From: Gemmatimonadales bacterium
Lineage (GTDB): Bacteria; Gemmatimonadota; Gemmatimonadetes; Gemmatimonadales; GWC2-71-9
Length of the DNA stretch: 55,614 nt
Reading direction: 5' to 3'
Assembly (NCBI GenBank): GCA_035711365.1
Contig: DASTCF010000086.1
Coordinates: 1 to 55,614, forward strand
A program made the translations under genes and the position numbers. Position 1 is the stretch's first letter; each line of letters begins with the position of its first letter. This document shows, piece after piece, positions 17,379-26,270 of this stretch. The notes under the pieces are model-generated. The model made no database searches and had not been told where the DNA came from. It saw only the letters and a program-made list of their open reading frames with translations.

Positions 17379-18766
17379 GGCTTCTTCCCGGGGGGAGGGC
17401 CCGCGAGACGACGGAGGGCGGATTCGAACCGGCGGCGCTCCCGGATCGCCCAGGCCCGGGTCGCCCGCAGACGACCCCGCAGATGCGCCAGGCCGAGATT
17501 CCCGAGTCCACCTGTCGACCGGCGTCTCGCCAGGATCTCCTGCTTCGAGGGAGACGGGAATACCGCGCCTCGCGCGAGCTCATCGGCGACTTCGCGGTAG
17601 GCACGGCGAAATGGCGTGCCGGCTTCAACGCGTCGCATCACCTCGTCTGTGGCGAGGGTCCCATTGTGAATCGCGGCAGCGCAGCGCTCCCGATTGATGC
17701 TGATCGACGGCACGGCCACCACCATCATCTCGAGCATCTCCAGCGTTCGCGTCGTCCCGCGGATGAGCGGCTCCTTGAGGAGCTGGAAATCCCGGTGGTA
17801 CCCTCCGGGCAGCCCGCCTGCCAGGTACCGCACGGCGGCGTGATCCCCCGCGACTCCAGCCGAGCGCGCCCGCGTCAACTCAAACAGGTCGGGATTCCGC
17901 TTGTGAGGCATGATGCTGGACCCGGTGGAGAGCGCCACCGGCAATGTCAGGTAGCCGTACTCCTCCGCGCTGAACAGGATGACGTCCGCGCTCAGACGGC
18001 CGAGGTCATGGCCCAGCTCCCCGCACCAGGCAAGGACGGCAGCTTCGAGCTTTCCCCTTCCGAGCTGGACGGCGGCCACGTTGTGCTCGACGGCGCCGAA
18101 GCCAAGCGCCCGGGCAGTGGCCTCCCGGTTCAGGTCGAGCGGCACACCGTACCCGGCCGCACTACCGAGCGGGCAGCGGTCCACCCGCGCCCATAGCGCA
18201 GGCAGGGATTCGAGCGTGTCCAGCAGGCTTTCTCCGTATGCGGCAGCCCACAGCCCGACGCTCGAGGGCATTGCGCGCCGGGTGTGGGTGTAGCCGGGCC
18301 AGAGCACGGTGGCGTGCCGGGCGGCAAGGCGACCGAGCGCCTCGATCAGGTCCGTACCGATCGCGTGCAGTTCGAGAAGCATCTCCTTGAGGTACAGGCG
18401 GATGTCCACGGCGACCTGATCATTCCGGGATCGGCCGGTGTGCAGTTGTTCCCCGGATATTCCGTGCCGGCGCGTGAGCCAGTCCTCGACAGCGGTATGC
18501 GCGTCCTCGTGGACGAGGTCGATGGTGAGTTTGCCGTCCTCGATCGCACGGAGGGCAGCGCGCAGTCCGGCCCGCAGGCGCAGGTGCGTGCGTGTCGAAA
18601 GCAGTCGCGAGGCCCGGAGCCCTTCGACGTGCCCGAGGCTGCCGTACACATCCCACGGCAGCAGGCGCAGGTCCCACCCCCGGTCCTCGCCGATCGTATA
18701 CGTCAGCATGCGCGGGTCGATTTCCCCGGACGACCACAGCGTTCTCGGGCGGCGGCGGGGGCTCAT
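17375..18766 (-). CDS. argH: argininosuccinate lyase
   Basis: Fumarate-lyase signature GSSIMPHKRNPD. ATG at 18766 overlaps the stop of the upstream gene (ATGA). The ORF extension to 18835 is judged spurious. Confidence 0.9.
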   Translation of the reverse strand: MSPRRRPRTLWSSGEIDPRMLTYTIGEDRGWDLRLLPWDVYGSLGHVEGLRASRLLSTRTHLRLRAGLRAALRAIEDGKLTIDLVHEDAHTAVEDWLTRRHGISGEQLHTGRSRNDQVAVDIRLYLKEMLLELHAIGTDLIEALGRLAARHATVLWPGYTHTRRAMPSSVGLWAAAYGESLLDTLESLPALWARVDRCPLGSAAGYGVPLDLNREATARALGFGAVEHNVAAVQLGRGKLEAAVLAWCGELGHDLGRLSADVILFSAEEYGYLTLPVALSTGSSIMPHKRNPDLFELTRARSAGVAGDHAAVRYLAGGLPGGYHRDFQLLKEPLIRGTTRTLEMLEMMVVAVPSISINRERCAAAIHNGTLATDEVMRRVEAGTPFRRAYREVADELARGAVFPSPSKQEILARRRSTGGLGNLGLAHLRGRLRATRAWAIRERRRFESALRRLAGPPPGKKP

Positions 18767-19839
18767 TGCAGGTACGCCCGGGCGAGATCCGCGTAGAAGC
18801 GGCGCGCGGCCGTCACCTCGCGCAGGTCCACGCATTCATCCGGCGTGTGCGAGCGGCTGCTCGTCCCCGGACCGCACTTGAACCCGTCGGCCTCGCGGAG
18901 GAATACCCAGTCGGAGCAGGTCGGGCTGCCGTAATGCCGCGCCTGGGGCCGGACCCGACTGGCGGCCGCGAGAAGCGGGGAGTCCAACCTCGTCTCACAG
19001 GGCACGAGCCGGTCCGACGTCACGAGCACCTCGCAGTCCAGCGCCTGACTGAGTGCATCGGCAAGCTCGGCGTGCGTCCAGGCCGGCGTGCTTCGGACGT
19101 CGAGAATCGCCCGGGCGCGCGGTGGCGTGACATTCCGGCTTACCCCTGCTTCGACCATCGTTGGGGTGACGGTCGGATGGCCCAGCAGCAAGTGCGGCCG
19201 GTCGCGGAAGAGCCCTTCGAGTTTCACCAGATCCCGGCTCAACAGTACCAGCGCATTGGTGAACGGACCGTCCTCGCTCACCCTGCCGGCGTGGCGCTGG
19301 TCCCCGTGCGCCACGAGATCCACCATCATCAATCCCCGCTGGGCGACGGCGAAGTCGAGATTCGTCGGCTCCCCGACCACGGCCGCGTTCACCGGCCCGG
19401 CGCGGGCGACGAGGTCCGGCATGCTTGTGTTGCGCGTCTCCTCGCCGAATCCGAGGAGCAGGAGGAGGTCGCCGCGTGCCGGCCCACCCTCCTGCGCCAC
19501 GTCCATCGCGGAGACGAGCATGGCGGCGACCGACGCCTTGGCATCGCCCGCGCCACGCCCATGAAGCATGGTGCCCTCGATGACGGGTGTGAACGGGTCG
19601 CGCGTCCATCCTGCACCGGGCGGGACGACGTCGAGGTGTGACACGAACGCCAGGGTTGGGCCGGCCTTCCGCCCCGCGATGCGCAGGCGCACGCCGGTCT
19701 CATCGCGCGCGACCGGGAGCCCCCATCCCCGCACGGTCTCCTCCACAAGCCGTGCCACGCCCTCCTCGTCCCCGCTGACCGAAGGGATCGCGACCAGGTC
19801 CCGCAGGAGCAGGATTTCAGTCGGCCAGGTCGACGCCAA
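18763..19839 (-). CDS. M20-family metallo-deacylase, ArgE-like (predicted N-acyl-citrulline/ornithine deacylase)
   Basis: LLRDLVAIPSVSGDE, SHLDVVP and GRGAGDAKAS motifs of M20 peptidases/ArgE. Positioned inside the arg operon. The only in-frame start is a TTG at 19839. Confidence 0.75.
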   Translation of the reverse strand: MASTWPTEILLLRDLVAIPSVSGDEEGVARLVEETVRGWGLPVARDETGVRLRIAGRKAGPTLAFVSHLDVVPPGAGWTRDPFTPVIEGTMLHGRGAGDAKASVAAMLVSAMDVAQEGGPARGDLLLLLGFGEETRNTSMPDLVARAGPVNAAVVGEPTNLDFAVAQRGLMMVDLVAHGDQRHAGRVSEDGPFTNALVLLSRDLVKLEGLFRDRPHLLLGHPTVTPTMVEAGVSRNVTPPRARAILDVRSTPAWTHAELADALSQALDCEVLVTSDRLVPCETRLDSPLLAAASRVRPQARHYGSPTCSDWVFLREADGFKCGPGTSSRSHTPDECVDLREVTAARRFYADLARAYLQ

Positions 19840-20752
19840 GGTAGGTCGCCTTTTCCTTTCGCCCCACGATCATCGTGCCGCAGCCGGCACCAGTGAAGAC
19901 TTCGAGGAGGATCGCGTCGGGAGCACGGCCGTCGATGATGTGGGTGCGCTCGACGCCGCCCGTCGCCGCCCGAATGCAGGCCTCGACCTTGGGCCGCATC
20001 CCGCCGGCAATCGCCCCGTTGGACATCAGGCTGGCCAGGTCATCGGGGTCGGCGAATGCGACGAGGCTCGTGGGATCGTCCCGGTCCCGCAACACTCCCG
20101 GCGCCCCGGTGAGGAAGATGAGCTTCTGCGCCCGAAGCGCCACCGCCAGCGCCTCGGCGACTGTATCCGCGTTGACGTTATAGACGCGCCCGTCGTCGTC
20201 GCCCGCCAGGCTGGCCACGACCGGGACGAACCGCGCATCGAGCAGCGTGACCAGCACGCGAGGATCCACGCGGTCGATGTCGCCGACGTGTCCGAAATCG
20301 AGCGTGATCGAAGCGCCCGAGTCATCCACTGTCTGGACCGGAGGGCGGCGGTGCGCCGTGAGCAGGTCGGCATCCACTCCGCTCAATCCGACCCCCTGCA
20401 CATGGTGTTCGCGCAACGCGGCGAGGAGATCCACGTTGAGCTGCCCGGCGTAGACCATCTTGGCAACGCCCAGCGCCTCGTCGTCGGTCACCCGGCGGCC
20501 GGCGACCATCCGCGGCTCGTGCCCCAGCCGCCGGCTCAGGGCGGTCGCCTGCGGCCCTCCGCCATGGACCACCACGAGACGGATGCCGAGACTGGAAAGC
20601 AGCGAGACCTGGGCGGCCACTCCATCGAGTGCCTCGAGGTCCGCGAGCACTTCGCCGCCCAGTTTCACCACGAAGACCTGGTCGCGATAGGCGCGAACGT
20701 AACGCAGGGCCCCCTTGAGGCCAGCGATGCCCTTTGAAGTGTCGATCGACAA
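19817..20752 (-). CDS. argB: acetylglutamate kinase (no fused GNAT domain)
   Basis: Amino-acid-kinase motifs VVKLGGEVL, VVHGGGPQ, NVNADT. No in-frame ATG downstream of the argF' stop. TTG at 20752 is preceded by GGAGGAG (20760-20766). The longer ORF to 21055 overlaps argF'. Confidence 0.8.
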   Translation of the reverse strand: MSIDTSKGIAGLKGALRYVRAYRDQVFVVKLGGEVLADLEALDGVAAQVSLLSSLGIRLVVVHGGGPQATALSRRLGHEPRMVAGRRVTDDEALGVAKMVYAGQLNVDLLAALREHHVQGVGLSGVDADLLTAHRRPPVQTVDDSGASITLDFGHVGDIDRVDPRVLVTLLDARFVPVVASLAGDDDGRVYNVNADTVAEALAVALRAQKLIFLTGAPGVLRDRDDPTSLVAFADPDDLASLMSNGAIAGGMRPKVEACIRAATGGVERTHIIDGRAPDAILLEVFTGAGCGTMIVGRKEKATYLGVDLAD

Positions 20753-20771
20753 TGTTGAACTCCTCCGAGAT

Positions 20772-21791
20772 TCACGCCCCGTTGCGGAGCAATGCGAGCA
20801 GAAGCGCCCGCTGCACGTGCAGGCGATTCTCCGCTTCATCCACCACGACGGCATTGGGTCCATCGAGGACCGCGTCGTCGATTTCCACGTTGCGGCGGAC
20901 GGGCAGGCAGTGCATGACGATCGCCTTGCCGTTCCGCGTCGCACGAACCCGGTCCGCCGTGAGCCGCCAATCCCGGTGCCGGTCGAAATAGGAGCGCTGC
21001 TGTTCCGGGTGCCCATAGAAGGCCACCGGCCCCCACGACTTGGCATACACGGCATCCGCCCCCGACATCGCCGCGTCCTGATCGTTCACTATGGTCACGG
21101 GGCGGGCGCCGGCCTCCCCTGCCGTGGCCTGGATCACCTGCATGTCCTCCGGGTCCAGATCGCACCCCTCGGGCGCCGCGATGGTGACGTCCATCCCCAT
21201 GCGGGCGGCGGCGAGGGCTGCGCTGACCGGCACCGCCGTGGGCAGCGCCTTCGGGTGCCACGCCCATGTGAGCACGAAGCGCTTCCCATGAGTCTCCCCA
21301 AGCCGTTCGCGCAGAGTGAACGCGTCCGCAAGCTCCTGGCACGGATGGCGCCGGGCAGATTCCAGGTTGATCACCGGCCGCTCGCAGTGCTGCGCAAACT
21401 TCCGGATCACCGCGTCCTTCCTGGCCGCGGCCCATTCCGCGCCGCGGGGAAAGGCGCGCACCGCGAGGGCATCTGCGTAGCGCCCTAGCACGCGCGCGGC
21501 CTCCGTCACGTGCTCGACGGAGTCCTGGTCCATGACTACCCCGTCCTCGGTCTCGAGCGCCCAGCTGCCCTTCCCAGGTTCCAGCACCACGGCGTGCCCG
21601 CCGTGAAGAAACATCGCGGCCTCGAAGCTGGTGCGGGTGCGGAGGCTCGGATCGAGGAACACCATCGCCAGGATCTTCCGCTCCAGGCCTCCCTTTATCT
21701 CGCCCCGCTTCACGCGAGCCGCCAGCTGGAAGAGCGCCTCGATTTCGCCGGGCGACCAATCCTCCACTGCCAAAAAGTCGCGCTTGGTCAC
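20772..21791 (-). CDS. argF': N-acyl-L-ornithine carbamoyltransferase (AOTCase/SOTCase family, not classical OTCase)
   Basis: DPSLRTRTSFE (carbamoyl-phosphate site), RHPCQELAD, YAKSWG, MHCLPVRRNVEIDDAVLD, DEAENRLHVQRALL. From memory, these follow the Xanthomonas/Bacteroides N-acyl-ornithine transcarbamylase pattern nearly residue for residue. GTG start overlaps the argD stop (GTGA). Confidence 0.8.
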   Translation of the reverse strand: MTKRDFLAVEDWSPGEIEALFQLAARVKRGEIKGGLERKILAMVFLDPSLRTRTSFEAAMFLHGGHAVVLEPGKGSWALETEDGVVMDQDSVEHVTEAARVLGRYADALAVRAFPRGAEWAAARKDAVIRKFAQHCERPVINLESARRHPCQELADAFTLRERLGETHGKRFVLTWAWHPKALPTAVPVSAALAAARMGMDVTIAAPEGCDLDPEDMQVIQATAGEAGARPVTIVNDQDAAMSGADAVYAKSWGPVAFYGHPEQQRSYFDRHRDWRLTADRVRATRNGKAIVMHCLPVRRNVEIDDAVLDGPNAVVVDEAENRLHVQRALLLALLRNGA

Positions 21792-22960
21792 GCCAGAACC
21801 TCGCGCAATCCGCCCAGGAGGCGGTCGGCCTCGGAGATCGAGAACGAGAGCGGTGGCAGCAGGCGCAGCACGTTCGGATCGGCAGAGGTGCCGGTCAGGA
21901 TCCGGTGGGCGAAGAGCGCCGATTGAATCTCCCTGGCGCTCCGGCCGAAATCGAGCCCCAACAGCAGTCCACGGCCCCAGACTCTCCGGGCGCCGAGGGC
22001 GAGCGCACCGGCCGTGAGGTGGGCGCCGACCCGGCGGGCATTGGCCGGCAGCTGCTCGTCGGCCAGAACATCGAGTGTCGCCAGTGCCGCGGCACAGGGG
22101 ACCGGTCCGCCGCCGAAGGTGCTGCCGAGATCGCCCACTGCGATGCCCTCAGTCACGTCCTGGGTCGCGATGACGGCACCGATCGGTATCCCCGAGGCAA
22201 GACCTTTTGCCAGGGTCAGGAGGTCAGGCGTGACCCCGAAGGACTCGGCGGCTGTGAACTGACCGGTCCGGCCCACGCCGCACTGTATCTCATCGAAGAT
22301 GAGCGCGACGCCGCGCTCGGTGCAGATCCGCCGGGCGGCATGGAGGAACTCGGCGCTGCAATCCCTCGCGCCAGCCATGCCCTGCACCGGCTCCACGATC
22401 AGTGCCGCGATGGACTCATCGAGGACCGCATCGAGTGACGCCACATCGTTGAACGCCACGCGGCGCGAGAGCGCGATGCCGGCCCGGCGGGCGGTTGCCT
22501 CATAGCCGGGGCCATCGCAACACGCGAGGGTGGCCACCGTTCGCCCGTGCCATCCTCCGGTCACCGAGGCGACCGCGATCCGCCCGGTCCTGCGGCGTGC
22601 CAGGTGCAGGGCATTCTCGTTGGCTTCCGCCCCCGAATTGCAGAAGAACACCCGGTCGAGCGGTTCGGGACACAGTTCCGCCAGCCGGGCGGCCAGCCGT
22701 TCCCGGTTGGGATGCGGGACAGCGGTGGAGTAGAACAGCAGCCGCGCGGCCTGATCCGCGATCGCCTGCACGACGCGCGGATGGCTGTGGCCGGTCGCGG
22801 CGACGGCATGCCCGCCGTAGGCGTCCAGCCACTCAAGACCGTCCTCGTCGATCAGCCAGGAGCCGCGGCCCGACACCGGTCGCACCGGCATCTGGGCATA
22901 GACCGGCAGCAGGGCCGACCCGCCGGCGTTTTTCGATGCCCGCTGCTCGGCCTTCAGCAT
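21788..22960 (-). CDS. argD: acetylornithine (N-acyl-ornithine) aminotransferase, class-III PLP enzyme
   Basis: FCNSGAEANE, DEIQCGVGRTG and TLAKGLASGIPIG (PLP-lysine region). ATG at 22960 overlaps the argC 3' end by 7 nt. Confidence 0.9.
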   Translation of the reverse strand: MLKAEQRASKNAGGSALLPVYAQMPVRPVSGRGSWLIDEDGLEWLDAYGGHAVAATGHSHPRVVQAIADQAARLLFYSTAVPHPNRERLAARLAELCPEPLDRVFFCNSGAEANENALHLARRRTGRIAVASVTGGWHGRTVATLACCDGPGYEATARRAGIALSRRVAFNDVASLDAVLDESIAALIVEPVQGMAGARDCSAEFLHAARRICTERGVALIFDEIQCGVGRTGQFTAAESFGVTPDLLTLAKGLASGIPIGAVIATQDVTEGIAVGDLGSTFGGGPVPCAAALATLDVLADEQLPANARRVGAHLTAGALALGARRVWGRGLLLGLDFGRSAREIQSALFAHRILTGTSADPNVLRLLPPLSFSISEADRLLGGLREVLA

Positions 22961-23982
22961 GGGAATGCGCCCGTCAGCCGGAGCCCCGCCCGCTCGTCGA
23001 GCCCGAGTGCGAGGTTCATCGCCTGCACCGCCTGGCCGCCGGCGCCCTTGATGAGATTGTCGAGCACGACCATGACCTGCACCTCTCCAGTGGTGGCGTC
23101 GCCCGCGGCGTGCAGATGCACCTCATTGGTGCCGACGACGTGGGTGAGTTCAGGGGGCTGTGCGAGCACGCGGACGAACGGCCGGCCGCGGTAGGCCGCG
23201 GCGTACCGATCGGCCACTTGGCCGGCCGCGGCGCCGGAAACCGTGGCGTGCATCGTGAGGTGGATCCCGCGCACAAATGGACCGGAGTGCGTCATGAGGC
23301 GGGCGACCGCATCGGTCCGACCGGTCCACTCCCGCCACGCTTGCAGGACTTCGGCCTCGTGACGATGGCCCAGAACCGAGTAAGCGAAGAGATTATGCGC
23401 CCTGGTCGGGTGGTGGGTCGTGGCCTTCGGGTGAACGCCCGCACCGCTCGAGCCGGTCACCGCGAAGAGCGCCGGGATTCCCGTCACGCCAAGGGTCGCC
23501 AACGGATGGAGCGCCAGCTGCGCCGCGGTTGCGAAGCAGCCCGGCGCCGCGAGCGCAGTCGCACCGGCAAGCCTTTGCCCCATCACATCCGCGAGCGCAT
23601 ACGTGAAGCGGGTCACGAACTCCGGCGCGGCATGCGGCCCATAGAACCGCTCGTAGAGCCGGAGGTCGCGCACCCGGAAGTCGGCGGCCAGGTCGACGAC
23701 CAACCCGGGCGCGGCCTCGAATACTTCGGATGCCACCCGCGCGGATTCCCCATGCTCGAGCGCGAGAAACACGACATCCCGGTGCCGGGCGGCCTCTCCG
23801 GCCCCGAGCCCGCTGAACCGCGCGTCGGTGAGGCTCGCGAGTGCCGGGTGGATGTCGGCGATCGGCTTGCCGGCCTGGCTCCGGCTTGTGGCGACGAGCT
23901 CGGTCACCTCCGGATGCTGCAACAGGATGCGGAGCAGCTCACCGCCGACGTAACCGGCCCCCCCGATCAGGGCCGCTCTCAC
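22954..23982 (-). CDS. argC: N-acetyl-gamma-glutamyl-phosphate reductase
   Basis: N-terminal GGAGYVGGELLR NAD(P) loop and active-site PGCFATAAQLAL. GTG start overlaps the stop of the upstream P-loop gene (GTGA). Confidence 0.9.
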   Translation of the reverse strand: MRAALIGGAGYVGGELLRILLQHPEVTELVATSRSQAGKPIADIHPALASLTDARFSGLGAGEAARHRDVVFLALEHGESARVASEVFEAAPGLVVDLAADFRVRDLRLYERFYGPHAAPEFVTRFTYALADVMGQRLAGATALAAPGCFATAAQLALHPLATLGVTGIPALFAVTGSSGAGVHPKATTHHPTRAHNLFAYSVLGHRHEAEVLQAWREWTGRTDAVARLMTHSGPFVRGIHLTMHATVSGAAAGQVADRYAAAYRGRPFVRVLAQPPELTHVVGTNEVHLHAAGDATTGEVQVMVVLDNLIKGAGGQAVQAMNLALGLDERAGLRLTGAFPC

Positions 23983-25037
23983 CTCGCCTCCAGAGCAGCC
24001 CGCACGACGCCGAGAAGGCCATCGGCGTCGCGCAGCGCATTGTGAGCCGGTATGCCGAGTGAGGCCCGGATGTAGTCGCGGCCGACTTCATTGTCGGTCG
24101 CCGGACCGGTGAGCGCGGTGATGGAAAGGCCGAAGGTGTGGCGCATGAGCTGGTCGGCGCCCCAACACCCGACCGGATCGGGTGCCGCCATCACCCACGC
24201 GGCACCGAGCCGCGACAGGTCAGGATCGCGGAGGATATCCTGAACGCCGTACTCGCCCAGAATGCCATCTCCCAGCTCGGCGACAATGACGTCCGGGCGG
24301 GCGGATTTCATGAGCCGGTTGAATATCCCCTTCGCGACGGGTACGGTCATCCCGGCCCGCGTGCTCGCCGCCCCGGCATCGTTGAACGTCAACGCCACGG
24401 CCGCTCCGGCGTCCTGCATCGCCAGGGTGTCCCGCATCAGGGACACGCCGGTCAGCTTGGCGGCGGCGACCTTCAGACCGCTCCGCGCGAGCCCCCGCAC
24501 CAGTTCGGTCGCGGCCACGGTCTTGCCAGCGTTCATGCACGTCCCGGCCACATAGACAACCGGCACCGAGCCTTCGAGGACTTCCGCCGTGGGCACCGCG
24601 CTGTCCCGAATGTGCGCCGGGCGCCCGATCCGATCCCCAAGGGCAGGAAACGCCAGGATCGCTCCGAGCACCTCCGCCTTGAATGGCGGTCCGATCTCGG
24701 GGTTCATCGACGTGCAGCGGCCGAGAATCCCGCCGAGGTTCAGGACTTCGATGGTGTCCCCAACGGCAAGGTGGGACGGCACCTCACCGGCGTAGCCGCG
24801 GAGGGCCCGTCGACTGCCGAGCGTCCCGGCCAGGACGTCGCCCTTGCGCAGCGAGACCATTCGCCCTGACAGGTCTTCCACGGTGTTGTACGTAGACTTG
24901 TCCTCGAGAATCCGGACCGCGAGGACATACCCCTCAGCGGCCAGGATGTCGTTCCCCACGATCACCTCAGGCGAGAGGTGCGCGTTCCGGGTCGAGGAGG
25001 CGATGCGGTCGAGGCGGACACGGGTCGTGGTGACCAT
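23979..25037 (-). CDS. uncharacterised protein: ~150-aa N-terminal domain plus BioD/DUF1611-like P-loop domain (GTCMNAGKT)
   Basis: 352 aa. Walker-A-like VAGTCMNAGKTVAATELVRGLARSGLKV followed by VAELGDGILGEYGV. Translationally coupled on both sides (TGATG with argG, GTGA with argC). No arg-pathway family motif recognised. Confidence 0.7.
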   Translation of the reverse strand: MVTTTRVRLDRIASSTRNAHLSPEVIVGNDILAAEGYVLAVRILEDKSTYNTVEDLSGRMVSLRKGDVLAGTLGSRRALRGYAGEVPSHLAVGDTIEVLNLGGILGRCTSMNPEIGPPFKAEVLGAILAFPALGDRIGRPAHIRDSAVPTAEVLEGSVPVVYVAGTCMNAGKTVAATELVRGLARSGLKVAAAKLTGVSLMRDTLAMQDAGAAVALTFNDAGAASTRAGMTVPVAKGIFNRLMKSARPDVIVAELGDGILGEYGVQDILRDPDLSRLGAAWVMAAPDPVGCWGADQLMRHTFGLSITALTGPATDNEVGRDYIRASLGIPAHNALRDADGLLGVVRAALEAR

Positions 25038-26233
25038 CAGGCACCCCGCCCTGCCCGGCGGGCCAGCAGCGACGGAATGGCCGCCACCCGGGCAAAATCG
25101 CGGGCCTCCTCCCCGGTCCAGAGCAGGTTCTCCTCGCCATACGTGGCGACGGAACGATCCATCATCGAGTGGGGACTCCGAGCGCCCACCACCTGGAACC
25201 TGCCGGGGGCGAATCGCACTCGCGTCTCGCCGGTGACGCGGCTCTGGGAGCTCGTGATGAGCGCCTCGATATCTCGGAGCGCCGGGTCAAAGTACTGACC
25301 CTCGTGCAGGCGGTCACCGTAGAAGCGGGCAAGCTGGTCCTTCCAGAACGCCTGCCACTTGGTGAGCACGAGCTTCTCCAGCTCGCGATGGGCACCGATC
25401 AGGACCAGCGCGGCACCGGCCTCGAAGCCGATCCGGCCCTTGATGCCCAGCGCGGTTTCGCCGACGTGAATCCCGCGCCCGAAGCCGTACGCGGATGCGA
25501 GGGCGTTCAGCGACTCGACCAGCTCCGGACCGGCAAGCGGAGTTCCGTCGAGGGCGACCGGCAGTCCCTGCTCCCAGTGCAGGACGACTTCGCGAGGTGC
25601 AGGGGGGTCGGCGGGAGGATCAAGCAGTTCCGGCGGCGGGCCGGCCCACGAATCGTGAGTCCACCCTCCGCCCCACGTCGTGCCCCACAGGCCGGCATTG
25701 ACGGAATAGGAGCCGGCCCGGGCCGGAACCGGGAGCTTCCGTTCGTTGAGATACGCGATCGCCTGGTCGCGGGTGAGCCCTTCCTCGCGGATGGGCGTCA
25801 CAATCTCCAGTTCGGGCGCGAGGACGCGGAGCGCGACATCGAAGCGCACCTGGTCGTTGCCGGCGCCCGTGGATCCGTGTGCCACGGCGCGTGCCCCGAT
25901 GGCCCGGGCCACCCCCACCACAGAGATCGCCTGCTGGGTGCGCTCGGCGGCGACACTCAGCGGATAAACCTCCCCGCGGAGCACGTTGCCCTGGATCAGG
26001 TAGCGGACGAATTCGTCAAAGACCTGCTGGCGGGCATCCACGTCGTGGTGTTCGACGGCTCCCACCGCGGTGGCCTGGCGGCGGATCGCGTCGCGCTCCG
26101 CCGGGCCAGCGCCGCCCGTATTGACGTATACGGTGTGGACCGCCCAGCCCTGCTCGCGCAGGCGGGGCACGCAGTAGGACGTATCGAGCCCGCCGGAGAA
26201 CGCGAGGGCGATGGAGCCGCGCTGAGTTTGCAT
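25037..26233 (-). CDS. argG: argininosuccinate synthase
   Basis: ATP-pyrophosphatase motif AFSGGLDTS, plus GSTGAGNDQVRF. ATG at 26233. Confidence 0.92.
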   Translation of the reverse strand: MQTQRGSIALAFSGGLDTSYCVPRLREQGWAVHTVYVNTGGAGPAERDAIRRQATAVGAVEHHDVDARQQVFDEFVRYLIQGNVLRGEVYPLSVAAERTQQAISVVGVARAIGARAVAHGSTGAGNDQVRFDVALRVLAPELEIVTPIREEGLTRDQAIAYLNERKLPVPARAGSYSVNAGLWGTTWGGGWTHDSWAGPPPELLDPPADPPAPREVVLHWEQGLPVALDGTPLAGPELVESLNALASAYGFGRGIHVGETALGIKGRIGFEAGAALVLIGAHRELEKLVLTKWQAFWKDQLARFYGDRLHEGQYFDPALRDIEALITSSQSRVTGETRVRFAPGRFQVVGARSPHSMMDRSVATYGEENLLWTGEEARDFARVAAIPSLLARRAGRGA

Positions 26234-26234
26234 A

Positions 26235-26250
26235 ATGCATAATTATGCAT
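26235..26250. promoter_or_regulatory. ARG-box-like perfect palindrome ATGCATAATTATGCAT (candidate ArgR operator)
   Basis: Perfect 16-bp palindrome starting 2 nt upstream of the argG ATG, inside an AT-rich island in a GC-rich genome. It resembles the TGAAT-W4-ATTCA ARG-box core with symmetrical A-to-C changes. The TGCATA unit occurs three times between 26229 and 26251. Confidence 0.55.
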
Positions 26251-26270
26251 ACTCGGCGTGATTCAGGCAA
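26242..26270 (-). promoter_or_regulatory. candidate sigma70-type promoter of the arg operon (TTGCCT-N17-CATAAT), apparently leaderless
   Basis: On the minus strand: -35 TTGCCT (26265-26270), 17-nt spacer, -10 CATAAT (26242-26247). Only 8 nt separate the -10 from the argG ATG, so there is no room for a Shine-Dalgarno. Confidence 0.4.

Noticed and set aside
22495-24045. 516-aa plus-strand ORF over argD/argC. The same applies to 18592-19641 (+), 19568-20737 (+), 20715-21488 (+), 25169-26242 (+) and 17483-18196 (+) across the arg operon.
   Set aside because: All are antisense to arg genes with unambiguous signatures. None has motifs or plausible ribosome-binding sites.
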